From: an uncultured Gammaproteobacteria bacterium
GTDB lineage: Bacteria > Pseudomonadota > Gammaproteobacteria > DRLM01
Assembly (NCBI GenBank): GCA_963729605.1
Contig: CAVSNY010000003.1
Span: 96,001-160,000, forward strand
DNA length: 64,000 nucleotides
Direction of reading: 5' to 3'
The notes below the pieces were generated by a model, which was not told the origin of the DNA, did not search any database, and saw nothing but the letters and a program-made list of their open reading frames with translations. A program made the translations under genes and the position numbers. Shown piece after piece: positions 10,973 through 21,542 of the stretch (positions are counted from its first letter, which is position 1; each line of letters begins with the position of its first letter).

Positions 10973-11238
10973 GCGAGACCGCCGCTACTTCCGTCGATCC
11001 CCGGCGCGCGCGTTTGGCGTGGCAATGCCGGCGCGGCATGCTGGAGCTGGATTTGCTGTTGCAGGATTTTCTCGATGAGCATTACGACGGCCTCACGGCG
11101 GCGGAACAGCACTCTTTCGAATTGCTGCTGACCTATCCCGACCAATTACTCCTCGAATATGCCATGGGTCGCAGGTTGCCCGCCGATCCCGCGCTCGCCC
11201 ATGTCGTCACCCGCCTACGCGCTGCCCCTCCGGCTTGA
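10969..11238 (+). CDS. sdhE: SDH FAD assembly factor
   Basis: WQCRRGMLELDLLL motif; ATG overlaps the sdhB stop. Confidence 0.95.
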   Translation: MSETAATSVDPRRARLAWQCRRGMLELDLLLQDFLDEHYDGLTAAEQHSFELLLTYPDQLLLEYAMGRRLPADPALAHVVTRLRAAPPA

Positions 11239-11647
11239 GCGGCGCTTTTCCCCGGCCTTGGCCTGGACCGTCGGCGGCGTGCACCTGCTCGCGCTGGCGG
11301 TATTGCCGCCGCTATCTTGGCCGTGGTGGGTGAAGCTCGCCTTGGCGGTTGCGGTGCTGGTGCAAGGCGTGTTGATCTGGCGCCGGCAGGTGATGCCGTC
11401 CGCGCCCAATGCGATACGCGGTTTGTTATGGAAGGCGGACGGTGAATGGGAACTCACCCGCGTGGATGGGCAAACCTTCACGGCGCGTTTGCGCCGCGCC
11501 AGTTATGTCCATCCCGCCTTGGTGATCTTGCGTTTCGCGGCCGACGGTGGGGGGCGTCACGCGGTGTTGCTGCCCGCCGACGGGGTGGACGCGGAACTGC
11601 ATCGCCGCCTGCGGGTGGGTTTACGCCTGCATGCCGAACTGGTGTAG
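11201..11647 (+). CDS. ygfX: YgfX/CptA-like membrane protein
   Basis: Two N-terminal TM helices, C-terminal HRRLRV; position after sdhE. Confidence 0.75.
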   Translation: MSSPAYALPLRLERRFSPALAWTVGGVHLLALAVLPPLSWPWWVKLALAVAVLVQGVLIWRRQVMPSAPNAIRGLLWKADGEWELTRVDGQTFTARLRRASYVHPALVILRFAADGGGRHAVLLPADGVDAELHRRLRVGLRLHAELV

Positions 11648-11746
11648 CGGCCGGCGATGAAATTTCACTTCGCCTGTGAATACCGGCGCCTGAATTAAGC
11701 GCCGAATCGGCAGGCGAGCTGATAATCGGCGTCGTGGCGCGACGTT

Positions 11747-13392
11747 TTAAAATTGATTCGGCGAGCCCGTGGCGGACCCACTCCGTCCCGCGAATGACGG
11801 CGGCGTGAGTATGGTGTAGCGCGGCGGTTGGCTGGTGTCGAGTTCGGGATAATCCAAGGTGTAATGCAGGCCGCGGCTTTCTTTGCGCAAGGTCGCGCAG
11901 CGGATGATGAGTTCCGCCACCAGGGCGAGGTTGCGCAATTCGATGAGATCGTTGGTGACGCGGAAATTGCCGTAGTATTCGGCGATTTCCTGCAGCAACA
12001 AATCCGCGCGGTGTTTGGCGCGTTGCAGACGCTTGTCGGTGCGGACGATGCCGACGTAGTCCCACATGAAACGTCGCAGCTCGTCCCAGTTGTGCGCCAC
12101 CACCACTTCCTCGTCGGAATCGGTGACCCGACTTTCGTCCCACTCCGGCACCGGTGGCGGGGGGGCGTCGCGGCCAGTTTGGCGTGGATGTCGTCCGCCG
12201 CGGCCTGGCCGAACACCAGGCATTCCAGCAGCGAGTTGCTGGCCATGCGGTTGGCGCCGTGCAGGCCGGTGTGGGCGGTCTCGCCCACCGCGTATAAGCC
12301 TTCGAGATCGGTGCGGCCGTGCAAATCGGTCATCACGCCGCCGCAGGTGTAGTGGGCGGCGGGCACTACCGGGATGGGCTCCTTGGTGATGTCGAAGCCG
12401 AATTCCAGGCAGCGGGCATAAATGGCGGGAAAGTGGCTTTTGATGAAGTCCGCCGGTTTGTGGCTGATATCCAGATAGACGCACTCGGTGCCCAGCCGCT
12501 TCATCTCATAGTCGATGGCGCGGGCGACGATGTCGCGCGGCGCCAGCTCGGCGCGCGGGTCGAACTTCTCCAGGAACGACGTGCCGTCCGGCAGCAGTAA
12601 ACGCCCGCCTTCGCCGCGGATGGCCTCGGTGATGAGGAAGGACTTGGCCTGGGGGTGATACAAACAGGTGGGATGAAATTGGATGAATTCTAAATTGGCG
12701 ACCCGGCACCCGGCGCGCCAGGCCATGGCGATGCCGTCGCCGGTCGAAATGTCCGGGTTGCTGGAATAGAGATACACCTTGCCGGCGCCGCCGGTGGCCA
12801 GCACGACGAACTTGGCGCGCAAGGCCTTCACGTGATTGTGAGTGCGGTCGAATAAATAAGCGCCGTGGCAACGATTGTCCGCCAGCCCGAGCTTTTTGCC
12901 GAAGATCAGGTCGATGGCGATGTGATGCTCGTACAGCTCGATGTTGGGATGGCGGCGCGCCTGCTGTTCCAGGGTCATCTCGATGGCGCGGCCGGTGGCG
13001 TCGGCCGCGTGTAATACGCGGCGGTGGCTGTGGCCGCCCTCGCGGGTGAGGTGATAGTCCAGCGTGCCGTCGGGACGGGTCTCGCGGGTGAAGGGCACGC
13101 CTTGGTCGATCAGCCATTGGATGGCGTCGTGGCCGCGCTCCACGGTGAACCGCACCACCGCTTCATCGCACAAGCCCGCGCCGGTGTTGAGGGTGTCGGC
13201 GATGTGCGAGGCGATGGAATCGTTTTGATCCCACACCGCCGAGATGCCGCCTTGCGCGTACAGGGTCGCGCCTTCCGGCAAGGGGCCTTTGGTGACCAGC
13301 GCGATACGCGCGTGAGGCGCCAGCCGCAAGGCCAGACTGAGCCCGGCCGCGCCGCCGCCGATCAGTAATACGTCGAAGTAAGCTTGTTCCAT
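11747..13392 (-). CDS. nadB: L-aspartate oxidase (frameshift in C7 run at 12159-12165)
   Basis: [38 protein letters not shown]; C-terminus ([14 protein letters not shown]) in a second frame. Confidence 0.93.
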
Positions 13393-13508
13393 AAAAAAGC
13401 GTGTTGGCTCAGGGGGATTTTAAAGTCATAATGGGTGCATTATTGTTTGAGGCCGGACATTAGCCTATGGGGCCGGGAGCATAGCCTCCGGAACCTGCCG
13501 CGTCCAGC

Positions 13509-13535
13509 GAACTAATGTAAACCGGTACGGTCTAG
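13509..13535 (+). promoter_or_regulatory. Sigma-E (RpoE/AlgU) autoregulatory promoter
   Basis: GAACTA-N16-TCTAG upstream of rpoE resembles the GAACTT-N16-TCTA consensus. Confidence 0.65.
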
Positions 13536-13583
13536 GGGAATGAGTAAAGGGATTTACTCCTCAGCACGAAGGGGAAGGCCCGA

Positions 13584-14159
13584 ATGGGCGAGCAAAACGT
13601 TGACCAACTTCTTGTTGAGCGCGTTCAGCGAGGTGATAAAAAGGCATTTGACATTCTGGTCGCTAAATATCAGCACAAGATTGTCAAACTCATCTCGCGT
13701 TATATCCGTGATCAATCCGAGGTGTGGGATGTTGCGCAGGACACCTTTATCAAGGCCTATCGCGCCCTCCCCAAGTTTCGAGGGGACAGCGCCTTTTATA
13801 CCTGGCTGTACCGCATCGCGATCAATACGGCCAAGAATTATTTGGTTGCGCAAGGGCGCCGGCCGATGGATGTCGATGTCGATATTCAGGACGCCGAACA
13901 ATTCGAGTCGGCATCCGACTTGCGGGACAACGCCACCCCGGAACGTTTGCTTTTGAAGGACGAGATCGAAAGGACGGTATTCGAAGTGATAGAACAGTTG
14001 CCCGAGGATTTGCGCACCGCGATTACCTTGCGGGAACTGGAAGGCTTGAGTTACGAGGAGATCGCCGAAGCGATGGCTTGTCCGATCGGTACGGTGAGGT
14101 CGCGGATTTTCCGGGCCCGCGAGGCGATTCATAACAAGCTCAAGCCTTTGCTATCCTGA
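13584..14159 (+). CDS. rpoE: ECF sigma factor RpoE
   Basis: DQLLVERVQRGDK, FYTWLYRIAINTAKN, GTVRSRIFRARE. Confidence 0.98.
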   Translation: MGEQNVDQLLVERVQRGDKKAFDILVAKYQHKIVKLISRYIRDQSEVWDVAQDTFIKAYRALPKFRGDSAFYTWLYRIAINTAKNYLVAQGRRPMDVDVDIQDAEQFESASDLRDNATPERLLLKDEIERTVFEVIEQLPEDLRTAITLRELEGLSYEEIAEAMACPIGTVRSRIFRAREAIHNKLKPLLS

Positions 14160-14204
14160 ACCGTTAGGTTGAAGATACTTAATTTTAAAGAGTGGGGAAG
14201 ACGC

Positions 14205-14813
14205 ATGGCAGACCATCTCGACGAGCAAGTTTCGGCGTTGGTAGACGGCGAGTTGACCAAGGAAGAATGCAAACGCGTGATGGACAGCTTGCGACACGAC
14301 CCCGAGGCCGGAGCGTGTTGGGGCCATTATCATTTGATCAGCGACGCGTTGAAGAACAATCTTCCCGATAAACTCTCCGCCGATTTCGCCGCCCGGATAT
14401 CCCAGGCCCTCGATTCCGAACCCCCGCTGATTTGCGCCCCCTCGACCCGTTCGACTCCTCATCCTTATACCAACCCCGCCATCGGTTTCGCCTTGGCCGC
14501 CTCGGTGGCCGCTGTCGCTTATCTGGGTTTCGGCGGGATGGAAACCCAACAGCCCGCGGTGACGGCCGTGCCGCAGCTCGCGTCCAACGCGCCGCTGGCC
14601 ACTACCCCGCAGCCCCACCCGGTTAGTAAAGTACGGGGACGGGAGTGGGATGCGCAGGAACCGGCGGTGGCATCCAAGTTGAACGACTATCTATTAAGCC
14701 ATGGCCAATATTCGACGGTGGCGGGTATGCAGCGCGGCGTCATGCCGCAAGTGCGTATCGTGGGTTATCAGGGTCCCGAGGATGCCCCGGCTTTTAGCGC
14801 GGATGGCCGTTGA
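14205..14813 (+). CDS. rseA: Anti-sigma-E factor RseA/MucA
   Basis: SALVDGEL, WGHYHLISDAL, TM segment ALAASVAAV, LNDYLLSH. Confidence 0.9.
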   Translation: MADHLDEQVSALVDGELTKEECKRVMDSLRHDPEAGACWGHYHLISDALKNNLPDKLSADFAARISQALDSEPPLICAPSTRSTPHPYTNPAIGFALAASVAAVAYLGFGGMETQQPAVTAVPQLASNAPLATTPQPHPVSKVRGREWDAQEPAVASKLNDYLLSHGQYSTVAGMQRGVMPQVRIVGYQGPEDAPAFSADGR

Positions 14814-14972
14814 CGAAGGGTTATGAGTGAGATGGGGTGGGTAGCGGCGGGGCTGGCCGGCCCAGGCGTGAACGCGGCGGAACAGGGCGGTTGGTTTCAA
14901 AAGGCGATTGAACGATATGAAGGCGGCTTTGTGCTAAGGGTGAGGCGATTTTCCGATAATCCGAGCTTCCCG

Positions 14973-15959
14973 ATGTTTGGTCGGTTTTGTCTATTGTCGC
15001 TGCTGCTATGGGGTATGATAGCCGGCGCGGCGCGCGCCGCCGATGGCGAATTGGATGCCAAAGGCTGGCTGAATCGTGTCGTATCCGCCTCCGTCAACCG
15101 CAGTTACGAAGGCACTTTCGTTTATCGCCGTAACGACCAATTGGTGGCGATGCGGATCACCCGTGTCGCGGACGGCAATAACGAACGCGAACGCCTGGTC
15201 GCCTTGAACGGCCGTCAGCGCGAAATCATCCGTGACAGCGACGGGGTGGTGTGTATCCTGCCGGAGCAGAAGCAGGTCACGCTCAGCCGGTCCGGGCTGG
15301 GCAAGCATTTTTCACCCAAATTTCTCGAGAATGTCGCCAAGCTGGAAAAACACTACCGTTTTTCATTGGGCGATTCGGATCGCATCGCCGGGCGTCCGGC
15401 GCGGATGGTGGTGATCGAACCACGCGACACTTTCCGTTACGGTTACCGCATCTGGGTGGATGAAGAGACCGGCCTGCTCTTGCAGTCGGATCTGGTCAAC
15501 GAAGACGGCAATGCCGTCGAGCAAGTGATGTTCACCTGGATTAATCTCGTGCATAAAGTGTCGCCCGCCATGGCGGCGTCGGTGGTGGTGACCGAAGAGA
15601 TGCGCAAGCAAATGAAGGCCGCGGCGCCCCAGACCCAGGCCCAGGCCAACGCGAATCTTTCCTGGAGCATCGGTCAGGCGCCGAGCGGGTTCACCCTTGC
15701 CGAGCGTTATGTGCATCGTACCGATCCCGGGTTGATCGTCGAACATGGCGTGTTATCCGATGGCATGGCCACGGTATCGGTGTTCGTGGAGCCGGTCGGC
15801 AAGGAGGAACCCTTCGAAGGTGTTTCGCACATGGGCGCGGTGAGCGCGTTCGGCGCGGTACTCAATAACCGGCAACTGACGGTGGTGGGTGAGGTGCCGC
15901 TCGCGACGGTGCAGATGATCGGCAAATCGATTTCTTTTCAGAATTCAGGCGGTCGGTGA
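14973..15959 (+). CDS. rseB: Periplasmic negative regulator RseB/MucB
   Basis: Signal peptide; SYEGTFVY, RYGYRIWVD, SDGMATVSVFVE, TVVGEVP; start uncertain. Confidence 0.9.
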   Translation: MFGRFCLLSLLLWGMIAGAARAADGELDAKGWLNRVVSASVNRSYEGTFVYRRNDQLVAMRITRVADGNNERERLVALNGRQREIIRDSDGVVCILPEQKQVTLSRSGLGKHFSPKFLENVAKLEKHYRFSLGDSDRIAGRPARMVVIEPRDTFRYGYRIWVDEETGLLLQSDLVNEDGNAVEQVMFTWINLVHKVSPAMAASVVVTEEMRKQMKAAAPQTQAQANANLSWSIGQAPSGFTLAERYVHRTDPGLIVEHGVLSDGMATVSVFVEPVGKEEPFEGVSHMGAVSAFGAVLNNRQLTVVGEVPLATVQMIGKSISFQNSGGR

Positions 15960-16116
15960 TCGATCGCCGTGCCCGCGGCTTTGGGAGCGCGGCGTGTCGT
16001 CAAGCGATTGTTTTACGCACGGCGGAGGGCGCGTCGTGCAAGAGTGGAAAAACCCTCGGGGTGGTGATGACGGTTTTTCGTGGTTATCCGATTGTGAACA
16101 AGGGAATCAGGGTCCT

Positions 16117-17571
16117 ATGTTGAAATGGAAACAGAGTCGCGTAATAGTCGGCATGTTGCTCGGAGTTTTTTTGATGACGGCCGGCCCGGTCGATGTGGCG
16201 TTGGCCCAGGCCGGTTTACCGGAATTCACCGGTATCGTTGAAAAGGCCAGCCCCGCCGTGGTGAATATCAGCACCACCCAAACCGTCAAGCAGCGGGTCC
16301 GGCCCGGCTTTCCGCACGGCGAAATGCCGCCGATGCCCGAAGGCACGCCTTTCGATGATTTCTTCCGGCGTTTTTTCGGTGACCGCGAAGGCGGCGGTAT
16401 GGAAGACTTCGACACCCAATCGCTGGGTTCGGGGTTCGTCATCTCGCCGGACGGGTATATTCTGACCAATAATCACGTCATCAAGGATGCCAAGGAAATC
16501 GTGGTGCGGTTGAGCACCCGCCAGGAGTATGTCGCCCAGGTGGTGGGCAGCGATCCGCGCAGCGATGTGGCCTTGTTGAAGATCGACGCGAAGAACCTGC
16601 CGGTGGTGCGCATCGGCAAGTCCACCGATATCAAGGTCGGCGAATGGGTGCTGGCCATCGGTTCGCCCTTCGATTTCGATCACACCGTCACCGCCGGCAT
16701 CGTCAGCGCCCTGGGACGCAGTCTGCCCAATGAAAATTACGTGCCGTTCATTCAGACCGACGTGGCGATCAATCCCGGCAATTCCGGTGGACCACTCTTC
16801 AATCTGGACGGCGAGGTGGTGGGCGTCAATGCCCAAATCTATAGCCGTACCGGCGGTTTCATGGGCCTCTCGTTCGCGATCCCCATCGATCTCGCCATGG
16901 ACGTGGTGGATCAGCTCAAGACCAAGGGCAGCGTCAGTCGCGGCTGGCTGGGTATCTTGATTCAAGACGTGACCCGCGAACTGGCCGAGTCCTTCGGCAT
17001 GGATCGTCCGGGCGGGGCGCTGGTGGCGCAAGTGCTGCCCAACAGTCCGGCGCAGAAGGCCGGCATCCAGGTCGGCGACGTGGTGCTGGAGTTCAATAAC
17101 CGCCCCATCACCGATTCGGCCTCCCTGCCGCATATCGTGGGCCGCGCCCAGGTGGGCGAGGAGATCACGGTGAAGCTGCTGCGCGCCGGCAAACCCCGGT
17201 CCCTCAAGGTCAAGATCGGCGAGCTGCCGCCCGATGAAGACATCAAATTAGCGGAAAACACCCCGCAGGATAAAAAGGTCAACGACCGCATCGGCACCTT
17301 GGTGACCGACCTGACCGAGGAACAAAAACAAAGCCTGGAAGGTAAGAAATCCGGGGTCTTCGTCGAGGATGTCAAAAACGGCGCGGCGCGGACGGCCGGG
17401 GTGCGGCGCGGCGACATCATTCTGATGATCAACAATGTCGATGTGAAAAACGTCAGCCACTTCACCCAGCTGGTGAAGGATTTGCCGGTGGGCAAACCCG
17501 TGCCCATGCTGGTGCGGCGCGGGAACAGCCCGTTGTTCCTCGCGCTCAAACTCACCGACAAGGCGAATTGA
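16117..17571 (+). CDS. degP: DegP/MucD (Do family) serine protease with two PDZ domains
   Basis: LGSGFVI, TNNHV, INPGNSGGPL. Confidence 0.93.
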   Translation: MLKWKQSRVIVGMLLGVFLMTAGPVDVALAQAGLPEFTGIVEKASPAVVNISTTQTVKQRVRPGFPHGEMPPMPEGTPFDDFFRRFFGDREGGGMEDFDTQSLGSGFVISPDGYILTNNHVIKDAKEIVVRLSTRQEYVAQVVGSDPRSDVALLKIDAKNLPVVRIGKSTDIKVGEWVLAIGSPFDFDHTVTAGIVSALGRSLPNENYVPFIQTDVAINPGNSGGPLFNLDGEVVGVNAQIYSRTGGFMGLSFAIPIDLAMDVVDQLKTKGSVSRGWLGILIQDVTRELAESFGMDRPGGALVAQVLPNSPAQKAGIQVGDVVLEFNNRPITDSASLPHIVGRAQVGEEITVKLLRAGKPRSLKVKIGELPPDEDIKLAENTPQDKKVNDRIGTLVTDLTEEQKQSLEGKKSGVFVEDVKNGAARTAGVRRGDIILMINNVDVKNVSHFTQLVKDLPVGKPVPMLVRRGNSPLFLALKLTDKAN

Positions 17572-17681
17572 GGCCGGCCGCTAGTCCCTTATTTCTCTCG
17601 GAGATTCTGGGAACTGGAAAAATCCGGTACACTTGCCGCCTTTGGGCGGAAGGGTATCCGGATTTTTTCGGTTTCTAAGCT

Positions 17682-19475
17682 ATGAAGCACATTCGTAATT
17701 TTTCCATCATCGCCCACATCGATCACGGTAAATCCACCCTGGCCGACCGGTTCATCCAGTTCTGCGGCGGTTTGACCGACCGGGAAATGGACAGCCAAGT
17801 GCTGGACTCCATGGATTTGGAGCGGGAGCGGGGCATTACCATCAAGGCGCAATGTGTCTCCTTGCAGTTCAAGGCGCGGGACGGCCAAAGCTATCTGCTG
17901 AACTTCATCGACACCCCCGGCCACGTCGATTTCTCTTACGAGGTGTCGCGGTCGCTGGCCGCTTGCGAAGGTGCGCTGCTGGTGGTGGACGCCACCCAGG
18001 GCGTCGAGGCCCAGACCGTCGCCAATTGCTATACCGCCCTCGAACAGGGGCTGGAAGTGGTGCCGGTGTTGAACAAGATCGACCTGCCCACCTCCGATCC
18101 GCTGCGGGTGATACGCGAGATCGAAGAAATCATCGGCATCGAAGCGGAAGATGCGGTCTCGGTGAGCGCCAAGACCGGCCTCGGCGTGCACGAGTTGCTC
18201 GATGAATTGGTCAAACGCATCCCGCCGCCCACCGGCGACGACGACGCGCCGTTGCAGGCGCTGATCATCGACTCCTGGTTCGATAATTATCTCGGCGTGG
18301 TGTCCTTGGTGCGGGTGATGCAGGGCACCTTGTCGGCCAAGGACCGCATCACCGTGATGTCCACCGGCCGCAATCATCATGTGGATCGGGTGGGCATCTT
18401 CACCCCCAAGCAGAAAGACCAGCCTTCGCTCAAGGCGGGCGAGGTGGGTTACGTCATCGCCGGCATCAAGGAAGTGGACGGCGCGCCGGTGGGCGATACC
18501 CTCACGCATACTCAGCGGCCCGCGGCGGAGGCCTTGGGCGGCTTCAAAAAGGTCCAGCCGCAGGTCTTCGCCGGCCTGTTCCCCGTGACGGCGGAGCAGT
18601 ACGAGGAATTGCGCGAAGCGCTCGCCAAACTCCGGCTCAACGATTCATCGCTGTTTTACGAACCCGAGTCCTCGCAGGCACTGGGTTTCGGCTTCCGCTG
18701 CGGTTTCCTCGGCATGCTGCATATGGAGATCGTGCAGGAACGCCTCGAGCGGGAATACGATCTCGACCTCATCATCACCGCGCCGACCGTGATCTACGAA
18801 GTGCTCACCCGGCAGGGCGAGGTGCTGCACGTGGACAACCCGGCCAAGCTGCCGCCCACCGGCGAGATCGCCGAGATGCGCGAGCCGATCATCAGCACCC
18901 ACATCCTGGTGCCGCAAACCCATTTGGGCGCGGTGATCGGCCTCTGCGAAGAGCGGCGCGGCGCGCAGAAGAAGATGCAGTTCCACGGCAATCACGTCGC
19001 CCTCACCTATGAAATGCCGATGGCCGAGGTGGTGATGGACTTCTTCGACCGGCTCAAATCGGTCAGCCGCGGCTTCGCCTCCATGGATTACGCCTTCGAA
19101 CGCTTCGAGCCGGCGGACCTGGTCAAGCTCGACGTGATGATCAATAACGAACGGGTCGATGCCTTGTCGGTGATCGTGCACCGTTCCAGCAGCTTTCAGC
19201 GCGGCCGGGAATTGACCGAAAAACTCAAGGAGGTCATCCCGCGCCAGATGTACGACGTGGCCATCCAGGCCTCGATCGGCGCCAAGATCATCGCCCGCGA
19301 GACGGTGAAGGCCTTGCGCAAGAACGTCACGGCCAAGTGTTACGGCGGCGACGCCAGCCGCAAGCGCAAGCTGCTGGAAAAGCAAAAGGCGGGTAAAAAA
19401 CGCATGAAGCAGGTCGGATCGGTCGAGATCCCCCAAGAGGCGTTTATGGCTATATTACAGGTGGGGAAAAAATAA
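17682..19475 (+). CDS. lepA: Elongation factor 4
   Basis: [32 protein letters not shown]. Confidence 0.98.
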   Translation: MKHIRNFSIIAHIDHGKSTLADRFIQFCGGLTDREMDSQVLDSMDLERERGITIKAQCVSLQFKARDGQSYLLNFIDTPGHVDFSYEVSRSLAACEGALLVVDATQGVEAQTVANCYTALEQGLEVVPVLNKIDLPTSDPLRVIREIEEIIGIEAEDAVSVSAKTGLGVHELLDELVKRIPPPTGDDDAPLQALIIDSWFDNYLGVVSLVRVMQGTLSAKDRITVMSTGRNHHVDRVGIFTPKQKDQPSLKAGEVGYVIAGIKEVDGAPVGDTLTHTQRPAAEALGGFKKVQPQVFAGLFPVTAEQYEELREALAKLRLNDSSLFYEPESSQALGFGFRCGFLGMLHMEIVQERLEREYDLDLIITAPTVIYEVLTRQGEVLHVDNPAKLPPTGEIAEMREPIISTHILVPQTHLGAVIGLCEERRGAQKKMQFHGNHVALTYEMPMAEVVMDFFDRLKSVSRGFASMDYAFERFEPADLVKLDVMINNERVDALSVIVHRSSSFQRGRELTEKLKEVIPRQMYDVAIQASIGAKIIARETVKALRKNVTAKCYGGDASRKRKLLEKQKAGKKRMKQVGSVEIPQEAFMAILQVGKK

Positions 19476-20293
19476 TGGATTTCGCGACGATAATGGTGAT
19501 CGCGCTGGTGGTGTGCGGCGTGATCTGGGTCCTGGATGCGCGCTTGTGGGCGCCGCGGCGGCGGGAGGCATTGGAATCGGCGTCCGCGGCGGCGGGCGGT
19601 CAACTCAAAGAAGAAGACCAGCGGCGCATCGCCAAAGAACCGCTGCTGGTGGAATACGCACGCTCCTTTTTCCCGGTGATTTTGATCGTGCTGCTGTTGC
19701 GCTCGTTTCTGGTGGAACCGTTCCGCATCCCTTCCGGTTCGATGATCCCCACCCTCTGGGTCGGCGACTTTATTTTGGTGAATAAATTCGCCTACGGCAT
19801 CCGTCTGCCGGTGGTGGACATGAAGGTCATCGAGATCGGCGCCCCCCGCCGCGGCGACGTGGCGGTATTCCGTTTTCCGCAGGATCCCTCCACCGATTAT
19901 ATAAAGCGGATAATCGGTTTGCCGGGGGACCGCGTCGGCTATCACAATAAGATGCTCTTCATTAATGGCGAGCCGGTGCCGCAACAGTCAGTGGGCCCCT
20001 ACACCGAGGTCAGCACCGGCGTACCGTTGCCGGCCAAGTTGCGCGTGGAGACGGTGGATGGCGTCCAGCACCAAATGGTGGTGCACCCCGATTATTTTGG
20101 CCGACTGGATGCCGGTGAATGGCAGGTCCCCGAAGGCGCTTATTTCGTGATAGGCGACAACCGCGACAACAGCAACGACAGCCGGGCCTGGGGTTTCGTG
20201 CCCGAAAAGAATCTGGTGGGCAAGGCCTTCATGATTTGGATGAATTGGTCGAATGGCGTAACGTGGCACCGGATCGGGGACAGTATTCATTGA
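19475..20293 (+). CDS. lepB: Signal peptidase I
   Basis: IPSGSMIPTL, YIKRIIG, GDNRDNSNDSR. Confidence 0.97.
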   Translation: MDFATIMVIALVVCGVIWVLDARLWAPRRREALESASAAAGGQLKEEDQRRIAKEPLLVEYARSFFPVILIVLLLRSFLVEPFRIPSGSMIPTLWVGDFILVNKFAYGIRLPVVDMKVIEIGAPRRGDVAVFRFPQDPSTDYIKRIIGLPGDRVGYHNKMLFINGEPVPQQSVGPYTEVSTGVPLPAKLRVETVDGVQHQMVVHPDYFGRLDAGEWQVPEGAYFVIGDNRDNSNDSRAWGFVPEKNLVGKAFMIWMNWSNGVTWHRIGDSIH

Positions 20294-20317
20294 TGACAGG
20301 CGACGCTGGAGAGACCG

Positions 20318-20701
20318 ATGAACACGCTTCTTAAAAAAGACAGGCAGTCCGGTATGACGTACATGGGTATGTTGCTCGTGCTCGTCATTTTCGCTTTTTT
20401 CGCGGTGGTGTTGGTGAGGATCGTTCCCCTGTACTTGGAAAATTTCAAGGTTCAGTCGGTTTTAAAATCGCTGCATGAAGACGCGGAAATCGCCCAGTTG
20501 CCGGCCGCCGAGATCGAAAAACGCCTGTTCACGCGGCTCGATATCAATGATGTCGAGCGTGTCAAAAAAGAACATATTAAAATAAGTCGCGACAAGGGCA
20601 AGCTGGTGGTCGCGATCGACTACGAGGCGCGGGTGTCCCTGTTCTTGAATCTGGATCTGGTGGCGAAATTCGATGACGCTATGGAATTGGTGTTGCCTTG
20701 A
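20318..20701 (+). CDS. DUF4845 family protein
   Basis: Pilin-like N-terminus QSGMTYMG plus TM segment; conserved lepB-rnc position. Confidence 0.8.
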   Translation: MNTLLKKDRQSGMTYMGMLLVLVIFAFFAVVLVRIVPLYLENFKVQSVLKSLHEDAEIAQLPAAEIEKRLFTRLDINDVERVKKEHIKISRDKGKLVVAIDYEARVSLFLNLDLVAKFDDAMELVLP

Positions 20702-21375
20702 TCGATAGTTTGGTCCGGCTGCAAAAGATCTTCCGCTATCAGTTCTCGCAGCGCGGCTTATTGGAAAGCGCGCTCACCCACCGCAGCGTCGGTAAAAATA
20801 ATAATGAGCGTTTGGAATTCCTCGGCGACGGGGTGCTCAACTTCATCATCGCCCATCACTTGTTCGAGCGTTTTCCCGCCGCCAGTGAAGGCGAACTGAG
20901 TCGGCTGCGCGCCCATTTGGTGCGCGGCGTCACCTTGGCGGCGTTGGCGCGCGAGCATCAATTGGGCAATTATTTGCGGCTGGGTCCGGGCGAGCAGAAA
21001 AGCGGCGGCTTCCGCCGTGAATCGATACTGGCCGGCGCCCTGGAGGCGGTGATCGGCGCGGTCTATTTGGACGGCGGTTTCGACGCGGCGCGGGACATGG
21101 TGCTCGCTTTGTATCAGGATGCGCTGGCCGGCCTGTCTCTCGAGCAGGGTTTGAAGGATCCCAAGACCTGCTTGCAGGAATATTTGCAGTCGCGCGGCTG
21201 GCCGTTGCCGGAATACCGGGTATTGAGCGCCGAGGGCGATGCCCATGCCCAGATATTCAAAGTGGCATGTATACTGACCGAACCCGTGGTGTCCACCGAG
21301 GGTGCGGGCGACAGCCGCCGCAAGGCGGAGCAGGCGGCGGCGCAAGCGGCCTTGGCCGTTTTGACCGGCAAATAA
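20698..21375 (+). CDS. rnc: Ribonuclease III
   Basis: NERLEFLGD, dsRBD KDPKTCLQEYLQ. Confidence 0.97.
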   Translation: MIDSLVRLQKIFRYQFSQRGLLESALTHRSVGKNNNERLEFLGDGVLNFIIAHHLFERFPAASEGELSRLRAHLVRGVTLAALAREHQLGNYLRLGPGEQKSGGFRRESILAGALEAVIGAVYLDGGFDAARDMVLALYQDALAGLSLEQGLKDPKTCLQEYLQSRGWPLPEYRVLSAEGDAHAQIFKVACILTEPVVSTEGAGDSRRKAEQAAAQAALAVLTGK

Positions 21376-21403
21376 ATCTGGTAAAACCTGAAAATCTCCT
21401 TTC

Positions 21404-21476
21404 CGCCAAGACGCCGAGGACGCCGAGAAAATCCTTCTTCATAAAGTAAGAGAGAGATTCTTGGCGCGCTTGGTGT
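21404..21476. repeat. CGCCAAGACGCC..CTTGGCG intergenic palindromic element
   Basis: CGCCAAGACGCCGAGGACGCCGAG ... CTTGGCGCGCTTGGTG. Confidence 0.5.
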
Positions 21477-21542
21477 CGGTCGTCCCTTGAGATATGTTGC
21501 CGCGGCGCTATTCTGCGGCGTAATTAATAGAGCATCGCATTT

